NCBI GenBank assembly: GCA_965248925.1 | Contig: CBDFLE010000005.1 | Location: 1,120,001-1,184,000, forward strand | Direction: 5' to 3' | Length of the DNA stretch: 64,000 nucleotides | Origin: Candidatus Multivoradales bacterium | Lineage (GTDB): Bacteria > Acidobacteriota > Thermoanaerobaculia > Multivoradales > J023 | In this document: piece after piece, positions 49,001 to 56,413 of the stretch | Position numbering within the stretch: the stretch's first letter is position 1 | Layout: each line of letters begins with the position of its first letter | Translations under genes and position numbers: made by a program | Notes under the pieces: model-generated | What the model was told of the DNA's origin: nothing | The model's input: the letters and a program-made list of their open reading frames with translations, nothing else | The model's database searches: none

Positions 49001-49166
49001 CCAGGTCAGCACCGATGATCCCGATCGCAGCTTCTTCAACTTCGCCATCGGCCTGACCGCCGTCTTGCCCCGTGGCAAGAGCATCTTTCTGCTCTACGAC
49101 ACCGATCTGGCCCGCGATGATCTGAACATCTACAACCTTTCGACCGGGGTGCGGATCCAATTCTGA
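40008..49166 (+). CDS. Giant Calx-beta-repeat autotransporter adhesin (3052 aa)
   Basis: ~21 tandem ~113-aa repeats (VxEG...T.DG.A....DY...F...E..ETF.V.L...G.I.NDD); C-terminal beta-barrel ending in F. Confidence 0.92.
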   Translation: MHHEDRVETSLFANIANKLHPLVTAPAAARLIMWAGLVLFCTPLASAQVFTIGHIGSNNQVTEGGASLIQFDVVLTPAAAGPTSVDVSTSSGSAIEGVDYSGSSFTLNFIAGQTIAPVLITTTADVLIEGDETFNIAISNPTGGTTVGAPSSDIGVIVDDEVPAVITIGHIGSQNTVDESVAGSTFALFDVVLTPAADNPVSVQVSTSNGSATAGSDYTSFGPVVVTFNPGITLIPINVGILDDALDEATENFTVSIASPTGPATLGTSSDSGFITDDDPLPSLTVDDVVVVEGDAGITLATFTITLSAASGQTVTVNFATANGTATTANNDYVALAPGSIATFAPGVTTQTVDVLVVGDNNPEPNETFFVNLSGASNASIADSQGQGTINNDDGSLPGLTLGDATVAEGNAGITNATFPVTLSAASGLIVTVNFATTDVTATTADNDYVATSGVVTFNPGVVSQNLTVPVNGDTKFEFNETFRVDLSAPSGASITDGFGSGTINNDDATPQISVTDIAVTEGNAGTINASFAISLSNPSSLPVSVQFNTSDGSATIADNDYVGAAGTVNFTAGTTLQAVQVAVNGDTKFEGNETFDLLLTSPLNATILDGTAIGTINNDDGAPQISINDDTVVEGNAGTTPAVFNVTLSNPSGFVTTVNFNTANGTATLADNDYVANSGTLTFVPGNTSQLVSVNVNGDLNTEADETFFVNLSGAGGGSLLDAQGLGTITNDDAVPQISIGDVVLAEGNAGTSTAAFAVTLSNPSGSPVTVAFATADGSATTADGDYLNAAGTATFNPGVVLQTVNVTINGDTTFEANETFTVNLSAPVGATIADGLGLGTINNDDGLPQISVGDVVLAEGNAGTSTAAFAVTLSNPSGSPVTVAFATADGSATTADGDYLNATGTATFNPRVVLQTVNVTINSDTTFEANETFTVNLSAPVGATIADGLGLGTINNDDGAPQISIGDVTLTEGNAGTSVAAFAVTMSNPSSQGVSFTFATSDGSATTADGDYALTTGTVTFNPGVVSQTINVNVTGDLTFEGDETFTVDATSVPANATLLDAQGLGTIQNDDGQPQISINDVLVIEGNAGTITAVFSITLSNPSSQAVSVLATAADGTATTADGDYLPNFLGITMAPGVTSTPFNVTVNGDTTFEGDEAFNVNLTGAVNATLLDNQGLGTIQNDDGQPQIQINDVSLAEGNAGLSGLLFNVTLSNPSAVPVMVNFATADGTATTADGDYQATTGTVTFTPGAVVQQIPVQLVGDPTFEGDEGFVVDLSAPIGAALADPQGAGTILNDDGVPSMAIDDVSLSEGDAGSSNLSFTVSLTLASSQPVTVDFASADATATLADGDYGAVSGNLTFNPGEVAITVDVPINGDTTFENDETLTVNLSNILGATLGDAQGLGTLLNDDGQPQASIDDVNLAEGNAGSADAVFTVSLSNPSAQTLTLDFLTSDGSATVADNDYQSTSGTLTFNPGEIAQQILVPINGDPTFEGDETFTVDLTTPSGVTIVDAQGIATVLNDDSVPSISITGVTLAEGDSGQTVASFTVALTLASSQTVTVDFTTNDGSATVADNDYLAVTGLLTFNPGEVAGTIDVPVLGDPRFENDEVFTVDLSNPNGASLGVAQASGTISNDDPLPGLSVDDVFIAEGDAGTSSATFTLSLSNPSSQPVAVSFATNDGTATLADGDYQATSGSSNLAADQTTATVVVTINSDVTFEGNETFTVDLSAPSGATLADPQGLGTILNDDGVPALTLDDVLLSEGDSGQTLATFTVALTTPSSQTVTVDFTTVDGTATVADSDYQAASGDLTFAPGTLNATFDVAINGDQRFEPDEGFTTELSNVINGTLGDPMGSATITNDEPQPGLSIDDIRFAEGDAGPTRSTFTVSLSGASAQPVMVTWATGDGTAQVADADYISAAGNLTFAADVLTQTFDVVARGDQRFEGDETFVVDLSSALGATLDDAQGLATILNDDSAETPTFVIDDVVLQEGDEGSREAVFTITLSSPNNLPFSLDYTTVDGTATAGEDYQAGSGSLTLAASDGSASQTVAVTVNGDTEVEEDETFLVQLSAPSAGATLLGNQGQATIENDDSSDDDGGGGDPLPTLQIDDVSLEEGDSGSRQARFTVTLSTAASQPVRVSFASLDGSATAGSDYQAASGQLTFAPSELTQEVSIEVLGDTEVEKDEVFFVLLTQPTGATLADDRGRATVLNDDSGDDGDGDDGDGSDDPLPTLSISDAASREGNAGRAAAGLTVHLSAPSADTISVSWATRDGSARAGSDYTAASGQLTFPPGQTEAELSVAITGDLEVEKDENFFVDLLSPNGAQLADSEGRVTVLNDDQPLGKLRLRRADPVTEDSGQARIQVERFGSAGRAIAVTARTRPPLPTANSDAQNQSLAQVSEDFQAASDRLSWEVGELGIKELVIDIVDDNRTEQEETLIIELVDPQDATLEEPSEIELRILDDDQPRALEAIGDTEVESRVQEQIELVVRVLGELNRPVAGAAVSWTVQGNAAIIQTDSTGTSNNGIGNGGPNAGDSDDPATAEQEEKEPTILKSDADGLVHLPLLLGDRPGRAMALATLVDSEAEVEAGEASVSFAIAVLGDLGNDDGDPTTEDEDVGSVIDEVCVDAEGVLDEFCDYVFDLDDDDQQEVLDQLTPTDDLAAQSDLTLEVPRVQLRNIAARLATLRGSATRQASEQIAFDIRGEPFRLADLGQINSASGSRLAHSYTAQVKAALVAAGAPAQLSGGAASADPPVALDSAPESNPWGIFVNGRVSIGDRPKLGREEGFDFTSQGITAGADRRVGEHFVLGAAAGYLLTDIDIDNSGGSLDATGYALSLYSSYFRKRFYLEGAATYGWNDYRLERSIDLPRPFLGRSRFTARGNPGSQQISFGFGAGYDFDLGAGRLSGLLRVSYIEAEIDGYSETGAKPFALIIGEQRLTSLLTEAGAEVSYPFSFNGGVLQPSLRASYLHEFADDGRLIRASLVADPAGSEFQVSTDDPDRSFFNFAIGLTAVLPRGKSIFLLYDTDLARDDLNIYNLSTGVRIQF
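42216..42890 (+). repeat. Near-identical 339-bp tandem duplication of one Calx-beta unit
   Basis: Units starting at 42216 and 42555 differ by few bases. Confidence 0.9.
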
Positions 49167-49373
49167 TCCGCTTCGGCCCGCCAACGTCAGCCCAGATAAC
49201 TCAGCCAAAGAAGGCAAGATGCTCCGACCTTCTTTGGCACTTCCCAGTGCTACTCCGCACGCCACCGGCACGGCGCGGATGCGGCAGACGGATCCCGCTT
49301 TCTGGGTAGCGAGAGTCCAGCTTGCTAGGGCATAGAATGCTCCTCGACAGAACCTTCAGTGAGGAGCACGACG

Positions 49374-50732
49374 ATGGCAGGCGAGATCACCCGCGACAGA
49401 TGGACCAGCCGCTTTGGCTTCATCATGGCTACCGCCGGGTTCTCCATCGGCCTGGGCAATATCTGGCGCTTCCCCTACTTGACCGGTACCCACGGCGGCG
49501 GCGCCTTCCTGTTGGTCTACTTGATCTTCGCGCTAGTGATCGGCATTCCCCTGCTCAGCGCGGAAATCTCTCTCGGGCGCCAGAGCGGCCTGACGCCGAT
49601 CGCCGGCATGCAGCGACTGAGCGGCTCGAAGTCCAGTCCTTGGAATCTGATCGGCTGGCTCGGCGTTGCCGCCGCGGTTCTCATCCAGTCCTACTACGTG
49701 ATGGTGATCGGTTGGATCTTGGGCTACACAGTGATGATCCTCACCGGCAGCCTGAACGGCGCCGATACTGCCTCTCTGAGCAGCACATACCAACAGTTCA
49801 CCGCTACTCCGGGCCCGGTGTTCGGCTACACCGCGGCGGTGGTCGTGCTGCTGGCGCTGATCGTCAGCCGTGGCCTGCACCAGGGGCTGGAGCGGGTGGC
49901 CAAGGTGGCGATGCCGGTGTTGTTGCTCCTGTTGGTCGGCTTGGCGGTGCGTTCGTTGAGCTTTCCCGGCGCTCTCCGAGGCCTTGTCTGGTACTTGCAG
50001 CCCGACCTGTCGAAACTCAATGGCGCCACGCTGTTGGCCGCCCTCGGCCAAGCCTTTTACTCGATAGGCATCGGCATGGCGGTGGCCTTTGGCTTCGGCA
50101 GCTACCTCGACAGAGACCACAGTGATGTGCCTGGCAGCGCCGCCATCGTCGTCCTCTGCGACACGGCGGTGGCATTGCTCGCCGGGCTGGTGATCTTCCC
50201 GGCATTGTTCGCTTTCGACTTGCAGCCCAACGCCGGACCCGGCCTGATCTTCGAGACCCTGCCACGGCTCTTCGCCGAGATGCCCGTCGGCCAGCTCTTT
50301 GGCGTTTCCTTCTTCTGCCTCCTGCTGCTGGCGGCAATCACCTCGGCAGCGGCCCTGCACCAGGTACTGAGCACTACCCTGACCGACCTGCTGCCCATCA
50401 GACGCCGCACCTCCACTTGGCTGCTGGCAAGCATTTTTCTCGCCCTGGCGACCCTGATCATTTTGTCCTTGGGTCCGTGGACCGGGCTACGCCTTTTCGG
50501 CATGGACCTATTCGTCTTCGCAGACACCCTCTCCGGCAATTTTCTGCTGCCAGCCGGAGCCTTGCTGCTGGCCCTTTTCACCGCCCTGGTTTGGGGGTTC
50601 GAGCGTTTTCGAACTGACACCAATCGCGGCGCCGGAAGATTTCGCATCACCGCCACCTGGAAGCCGCTGATGGTGGTGCTGATCCCCCTGGCAGTAGCGC
50701 TGGTGGTGGCGGTGGGTGGCGGGATTCTCTAA
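49374..50732 (+). CDS. Sodium-dependent transporter, NSS/SNF family
   Basis: RDRW...GFSIGLGNIWRFPY...GGGAF, QAFYSIG. Confidence 0.95.
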   Translation: MAGEITRDRWTSRFGFIMATAGFSIGLGNIWRFPYLTGTHGGGAFLLVYLIFALVIGIPLLSAEISLGRQSGLTPIAGMQRLSGSKSSPWNLIGWLGVAAAVLIQSYYVMVIGWILGYTVMILTGSLNGADTASLSSTYQQFTATPGPVFGYTAAVVVLLALIVSRGLHQGLERVAKVAMPVLLLLLVGLAVRSLSFPGALRGLVWYLQPDLSKLNGATLLAALGQAFYSIGIGMAVAFGFGSYLDRDHSDVPGSAAIVVLCDTAVALLAGLVIFPALFAFDLQPNAGPGLIFETLPRLFAEMPVGQLFGVSFFCLLLLAAITSAAALHQVLSTTLTDLLPIRRRTSTWLLASIFLALATLIILSLGPWTGLRLFGMDLFVFADTLSGNFLLPAGALLLALFTALVWGFERFRTDTNRGAGRFRITATWKPLMVVLIPLAVALVVAVGGGIL

Positions 50733-50758
50733 CTCAGACGAAGTTGTCTAGTAGAGGA

Positions 50759-51802
50759 TTACTCGGGCAGGGCGGGCAGCCGGGCATCGTCGATGCCGCG
50801 AGCTTTCATCGCTTGCCGGAAGCCAACATCGATCACCTGCTGGTCAACGATCGACAGCAAGTGGTCGAGATCGCGATACTTCACCGGCGGCTGCACCCAG
50901 GGATAGCGCAGGAAGTGCTCGAACATCGAATAGGCCTGGTCGTTGCTCTCGCTGATCACCGGCACCACCGGTACCGAAGGCAAGAAAGGGACGATAAAGC
51001 TGAGTTCTTGCGGCACGCTCTTGGCACCTGAGAGGTCGGGGATTACAAAACAGGAAAGATGTGCCAGGCTGGCCACTGTCTCGGTCAGATCACGACCCGC
51101 AGGGCGGTCGAAGTCAAACATCATCGGCACCATATTGCGGCGCAGCAGATGATCTCGAAGAGCGTCGAGAATTCTCTTATAGGAGGGCTTGAAACGCCCC
51201 AGTAGCAGCACTGTTCGCTGGCTGGCGGTGTTGAATACATCGGCGATCTTGTGGTTCTCGCGCAACAGAAAAAGCAGCTGCGCCGTGTCGAGATCATCGA
51301 TCGTGGTGGTGATGGTCTCGGCCTTGGAATTCTCGCGAATGACCATCCCCCGCTGATCGGCCGGCTCACCGCGCAGATCCCAGGCACTGATGCCGTAGAT
51401 TTCCGCCTGGCGAAGAATCGCGCCGCTGAGGTTGGCGCCCACCAGCGAGGTAAAACGCAACACCGCCCGGCTGAGATCGGCGCCGCGCAGATCGGCGCGG
51501 CGCAGACTGCCGGCTCGCAAATCTGCCTCGACCAGCTTGGCGCCGATCAGCTTGGCATCGCTGAAACGAACGAAACGGGCCACGCAACCTGACAGATCGG
51601 CAGCGTCGAGCCGGGTGCGACGAAGGGTTGAGCCCACCAGTACCGAGCGGCGCAGATCGGCGCCGCGCAGATCGTAGGAGCTGAGATCGAGGTGGCGCAG
51701 GTCTGTTTCGCTGAGGTCGGGCCGTTCGTTGCTCTGCCGCCGCCACTTGCCCCAAGCGACCCTGCCCTGGCGTAAGATCTCGACATGTTGTGCATTGCTC
51801 AT
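50759..51802 (-). CDS. Pentapeptide-repeat protein with C-terminal TIR/NDT-like domain
   Basis: A(D/N)LXX repeats then VLLLGRF...FDFDRP...TETV...FVIPDLS...SVPQEL. Confidence 0.8.
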   Translation of the reverse strand: MSNAQHVEILRQGRVAWGKWRRQSNERPDLSETDLRHLDLSSYDLRGADLRRSVLVGSTLRRTRLDAADLSGCVARFVRFSDAKLIGAKLVEADLRAGSLRRADLRGADLSRAVLRFTSLVGANLSGAILRQAEIYGISAWDLRGEPADQRGMVIRENSKAETITTTIDDLDTAQLLFLLRENHKIADVFNTASQRTVLLLGRFKPSYKRILDALRDHLLRRNMVPMMFDFDRPAGRDLTETVASLAHLSCFVIPDLSGAKSVPQELSFIVPFLPSVPVVPVISESNDQAYSMFEHFLRYPWVQPPVKYRDLDHLLSIVDQQVIDVGFRQAMKARGIDDARLPALPE

Positions 51803-51812
51803 AAAGCCAATC

Positions 51813-53198
51813 TTAACCGCTCGCCGGCGGCATCGGCCCAACAACTCCCTCAGCCAACTTGCGGCGCAACTCAAGGCGCAGCAGTAGCAAGGCGGTAATC
51901 GCCTGCAGACTGACCGTCGCCACCGACAGAAACCACAGATGACGCAAGCCGAAACTAGGCTGGCGCGACAACAAAATCGCCGCCGGCACAAAAGTCAGCA
52001 AACGAGTAGCGCTGGCGAGCAGCGCTGGCAGGGTATTGCCCACCGCCTGGAACAAGCTGGAGCAAGTAAAGACCAACCCGGAAGCGACGAAATTCCACGA
52101 GATGATGCGCAAGAACTGCCCGCCGACGGCTATCACCTGCGGATCGCTAGTGAAACCGCGCACCAACAACTCTGGATCCCACTGACACAGCAAAGTCAGC
52201 ACCAGCATCAGCGAGCTGCCCATCCACACTGCGCTGCGAAAAGTGGCCCGCACCCTAGCGAATTCGCCAGCACCAAAGTTCTGCCCTGCCACTGGCGCGG
52301 CGGCAAAGGCCACTGCCATGGCGGGTAGAAAGATCGACTGCATGACCCGTGAGCCGATACCAAACCCGGCCTGCGCGGCGGCACCGAAACCTCGAATCAC
52401 CCAGTAACTCACTGTCACGTAGACAAATAGCAGGGCAAATTGGCCGCCGGCCGGCAACCCTATGCCGAGGATCTGCCGCCAGGCGGCCAGGCGGGGCCAC
52501 AGCAGCTGGCGGTCAACCTGGACGGACTTTTTGGTGCGGTGGAAATAGAGCCCCATCGCAATCACCCCAACAGTGATCGAGAGGGTGCTCGCCAGCCCCG
52601 CTCCAGCCACCCCCATCGGCCGACCGGTCAGCCATCCGGCGATCAGCATCGGCGAGAGCAGCGCGTTCAGCACCACCGAGCAGACTTGCACAATCATGGT
52701 CGGCTTCTCGATGCCGGTACCGCGCAGCGCCGAACTCATCGTCACCGCAGCAAATTGCAGCGCCAAACCGGGTAGGAACCAGCGCAGATACTCGGTGCCA
52801 GCCGCCTCTGTCGCCGGATCCGCCCCCAAGATCGACATGTAGTCGCCGACCACCAGATAGCCTCCCAGCACCATCGCCAAAGCGCAGCCCCCCCCCAGCA
52901 CCAAGCTCTGGTTGAAAATCAGGTTGGCATCGCCGGGCCGCTTCGCCCCCACCGCCTGAGCGATCAACACCATGGTGCCAACACCGAGGATTTGAGTCAG
53001 GGCAACGACTAGAAATTGCACATTGCCAGCAGCGCTGACCCCGGCAATCGCCGCGTCCCCAAGGCGGGAAACGAAATATAGATCCACCAGGTGGTAGAGG
53101 GTTTGAAAAACCATGCCGATAGCTATCGGCACAGCCAGGCGGATGATCTTGCTGAAGATCGGTCCTTGGGTCAGGTCGTTGGCGGCAGCGGTGCTCAT
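51813..53198 (-). CDS. MATE family efflux transporter
   Basis: DLTQGP, LYHLVDLYFVSRLG, GQNFGAG, multiple TM segments. Confidence 0.93.
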   Translation of the reverse strand: MSTAAANDLTQGPIFSKIIRLAVPIAIGMVFQTLYHLVDLYFVSRLGDAAIAGVSAAGNVQFLVVALTQILGVGTMVLIAQAVGAKRPGDANLIFNQSLVLGGGCALAMVLGGYLVVGDYMSILGADPATEAAGTEYLRWFLPGLALQFAAVTMSSALRGTGIEKPTMIVQVCSVVLNALLSPMLIAGWLTGRPMGVAGAGLASTLSITVGVIAMGLYFHRTKKSVQVDRQLLWPRLAAWRQILGIGLPAGGQFALLFVYVTVSYWVIRGFGAAAQAGFGIGSRVMQSIFLPAMAVAFAAAPVAGQNFGAGEFARVRATFRSAVWMGSSLMLVLTLLCQWDPELLVRGFTSDPQVIAVGGQFLRIISWNFVASGLVFTCSSLFQAVGNTLPALLASATRLLTFVPAAILLSRQPSFGLRHLWFLSVATVSLQAITALLLLRLELRRKLAEGVVGPMPPASG

Positions 53199-53443
53199 TG
53201 ACTCTTACTCACGGAAGAGGCTGCTTATACCCCGATCCTGATTGGAGGTCAACATTGCCCGACCCCGACAGTCCTGATCTTTCAGTCTTGTCTATCGATG
53301 CATTGCTATTCTTTTCGCAAGATCGAAGAAGTTGGCCTGCCGCGTTTTCCTAACCTGCATGAGTTCACGCGGCAGCCGCCCAGTGAAGTACCAGAAGATC
53401 ACGCCGTGCGGCTCGATCGGACAATGATCGAACGGAGGTTCAA

Positions 53444-53755
53444 ATGAAAATCACCTTCGTGCCGGTCAAAGGCAACCGTTCTAACACCCTGTCGTTGGAT
53501 CGACCGGTCGAGTTCCCCTTCTCCACCAGCATCCCCTGGTCCTACGAGGCGGCTGCCGGGAAGGTCTTGAGCCGAGGCCTGACCTCCGTCGACACCAATG
53601 GCGACGGCCTGGCTGACACGTTCGTGCCCGCGTCATCGAACTTTGCCGCCGGCCAGAGTCAGAAGAGCCAAACGAAACGCATCACTCCGATCGACGACGA
53701 GCTGAATTGCCACACCGGCTACACCGCCGGTGACCAGCACTGCTACTACCCCTAG
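53444..53755 (+). CDS. Small hypothetical protein
   Basis: GGAGG RBS; 103 aa with DTNGDG motif and C-terminal Cys pair. Confidence 0.5.
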   Translation: MKITFVPVKGNRSNTLSLDRPVEFPFSTSIPWSYEAAAGKVLSRGLTSVDTNGDGLADTFVPASSNFAAGQSQKSQTKRITPIDDELNCHTGYTAGDQHCYYP

Positions 53756-53833
53756 GGACATCTGGCCGCCCGCTCGTGAGGCGATCGATAAGGGCGACCA
53801 CCAGTTGGTCGCCTTTGTTGTTTGGGTCACCGA

Positions 53834-54874
53834 TCAGGGATAGAGCGGATTCCACATCCGCCGAGTCAGACCCAACCAGTCGCGATCTTGCGGCTGGGTG
53901 TTGTGGGGTTGGTAGCTAGCATCGATATGCCCCTCGGCCAGCAGATACTCGAAGATCGCTCGCGCCGCGACCCGGTGACCGATTTCGCTGGGATGGGCAT
54001 CGACACTGGGAAAGGCCGCCATCCGCACATCGGCATAGCCTAGAAAGGTGTCGAGCAGATCCAAGTAGGGCACTTGCCGCTCTTTGAGTTCCTCGCCCAA
54101 CCGCTGGTGCGCCCAGCCATTGGGGTAGCCCCTGTAATCGAACAGACTGCCCATCGCCGGGAAGATCACTCCCACTATCTGCACTCCGTGTTTCTCGCAT
54201 TCGCTGGAGAAAATCGACAACGCGCGCTCGAACTTCCGCCAGCCTTTCGACTCCGGGTTATACATCGAGGCCATATGCCCGCTCACCGCCCGGCGAGCCC
54301 GGCGACTCTCAAGCCGTAGGTAGATCCAACCCGCCACTCGCGAAGCGCGCAGCGCCCGCAACCGCCAGCCAGTTTGCGGTTGCGGCAACCTGCTGTCGCG
54401 CCACATCTCGCGGTCATCATCGTGCGGATCCTCGGGGTCATTGAGGAAGAGGCCGTGGATCAGCAGATCCGGTTGCCAGGCCAGCGCCTTCGCTAGTAGC
54501 CCTATTTGGTCGGCGGTGGCGGTGCCATTGCGGCCAAACACCCGCACCGCCACCGGCGGCACATCGCCATTCATATTCAGCAAGCGTTGCAACCGCCAGG
54601 GATAGGCATCTTGCCAAGCGTTAGCCGCGCCGACGGTGAACGAGTCACCGACAAAGGCCAGCCGAAAGACCTTCGTATCCGCGGCATCCACCCACGGATT
54701 GAGTTCGCTCTCATCAGGGTAATACTGGTAGGCGATGCGGTCGAAAGTCGGCGGTAGCTCGACCTGATCACCTACCCCGAGCAAGCGAAAGAAAGCCTCG
54801 GCCAGCAGCCAGGCGACCAGGCAACCCAAGGCCAGCAGGCCCACACGCTCCAAGACGGGTCTCAATCTGATCAT
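53834..54874 (-). CDS. SGNH/GDSL hydrolase family protein, membrane anchored
   Basis: GDSFTVG, GRNG, FLND, DAHPS. Confidence 0.88.
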   Translation of the reverse strand: MIRLRPVLERVGLLALGCLVAWLLAEAFFRLLGVGDQVELPPTFDRIAYQYYPDESELNPWVDAADTKVFRLAFVGDSFTVGAANAWQDAYPWRLQRLLNMNGDVPPVAVRVFGRNGTATADQIGLLAKALAWQPDLLIHGLFLNDPEDPHDDDREMWRDSRLPQPQTGWRLRALRASRVAGWIYLRLESRRARRAVSGHMASMYNPESKGWRKFERALSIFSSECEKHGVQIVGVIFPAMGSLFDYRGYPNGWAHQRLGEELKERQVPYLDLLDTFLGYADVRMAAFPSVDAHPSEIGHRVAARAIFEYLLAEGHIDASYQPHNTQPQDRDWLGLTRRMWNPLYP

Positions 54875-54929
54875 AGGATGGCGAGATCATAGCGCAGGTA
54901 GAGCAAAGCCTCGACCGTCGGGGCGCCAC

Positions 54930-56195
54930 CTAGTCGATCGAGAACTGTAGCTCTGAGTCCTCATCTTCGACCAGCCCCAGCGGGCCGGGGGAGCTGGGAG
55001 GCCCGCCGATGTGGAAGGTCTCTTCTTCCTCGTCTCGCTGACCGCCATGCGGAATTGGAATCGGCGCCGTTGGCTCCGGCAAGTGGGGCGCCTGGTAAGC
55101 GTGCGCTGCCTGGACCAGGTCCAGCATGTTGCTGAGGCCGAGGAGCAAGCCCTCCCGATGAGTAGCAAACGAGCGATCAGCCGCGAAGATCGGATGCTCG
55201 AAGTCGATCGCGGTGGCGTTGCTACGCCGCGGGTTATCCGGGTTGACAACGATCAGCACACTCATGCCGACATAGATCGGGTCGGCGTTCTTGATCCAGA
55301 AGTAGAGAGCGAAAACATCCCTCTCGATGGCACTCAGAGCCGCTGGTGGTGCGCCGTCCAACATTCCCTTTAGAGGATTCAGATTCTCCCTCTTGACCTT
55401 GCTGGCATTCTTGACCTTGTCCCACCCGGAAGCATTCTTCCAAGCATCCTCATCGCGGAATCCTCGCTCCCGACTGCCGCTGACCTTATCCATCCAATCG
55501 TGCTGACCGGTCTTGGCGAGACTACCCAACTTGTTCTTGCCCCGACGCTGTTGATCCGTGCCGCTGGCGCTGTACTGGCCAAGCTTCAAGTCCCGCAGCC
55601 CAGCATCGCCGCTACCCTGCTTGGCGCTGCTCAGGATCATAAAGCTCCTGCCTCCCCTAGCGATCTCCTCAGCCATTGTGTTGAGCTTGGTCACCTGCTT
55701 GTCGTTAACCGCCTGGCCAAGTTCAGTGAGGGCAGCGCGCACTGCCCTCACCGAGTAGTAGGGGCCATGAAAATCCGGCATCGACGGAGGTCGGTTCACA
55801 CCGTCGGAAAATCCCACGTACTCGTTAGTTTCCGTCACATCCATCCGCTTGACAATCCACCGAGAGCCGCTCAAGAAGCAAAGATCCTCCGCATGGCCGG
55901 CCCGCTGAATGGTCGCTGACGAAGCGGTCAGCGACGGGCCAGCGACATTAGGAGTGGGACCACGCCGCCGCTGCACCCGAGCTTTGGGCTCGTCGCTAGC
56001 AATGCGGTAGCCCAAGGCGGTGGCTCGCCGCAGCCGCTGATCAAGTGGCAAATCGCTTGAGTTCGGCGCCCGTCGAATCGTGGTGCGAGAGTCGCCAGCA
56101 GGCTCCGTGAGCCTGCGGCCGCGAGGCGAGGCGGAGTGCAAAGTGCGAGTTGACGAGTGCTGTGTCCGACGCCTGAGTGGCTTGAGGGTCCCCAT
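54930..56195 (-). CDS. Inositol polyphosphate kinase (IPK)-like protein, putative effector
   Basis: Ordered motifs AGH, VK, PDFHG, DLKLG, GFR, MSVL, IDFEH, GLLLGLSNM. Confidence 0.7.
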   Translation of the reverse strand: MGTLKPLRRRTQHSSTRTLHSASPRGRRLTEPAGDSRTTIRRAPNSSDLPLDQRLRRATALGYRIASDEPKARVQRRRGPTPNVAGPSLTASSATIQRAGHAEDLCFLSGSRWIVKRMDVTETNEYVGFSDGVNRPPSMPDFHGPYYSVRAVRAALTELGQAVNDKQVTKLNTMAEEIARGGRSFMILSSAKQGSGDAGLRDLKLGQYSASGTDQQRRGKNKLGSLAKTGQHDWMDKVSGSRERGFRDEDAWKNASGWDKVKNASKVKRENLNPLKGMLDGAPPAALSAIERDVFALYFWIKNADPIYVGMSVLIVVNPDNPRRSNATAIDFEHPIFAADRSFATHREGLLLGLSNMLDLVQAAHAYQAPHLPEPTAPIPIPHGGQRDEEEETFHIGGPPSSPGPLGLVEDEDSELQFSID

Positions 56196-56413
56196 GATCA
56201 GACATCATAGGAGTTTCTGGGGGCAAATTCGAGAGGCTTCAAGGAAGCGACCGAGAACAATGATCCGCAGCAGCAGGTCTAATGGTCAGGAAAATGACCC
56301 TCGAAATGGTCTGATTCGGCCAGGGATCCCGCGTTTTGTTAGGGAGTAAGGGTCGCCTGCGAGCCCTGCGGAGGACCCTGTTGATCCGGGAACCAACCAT
56401 CAGGAGAGAGCCC

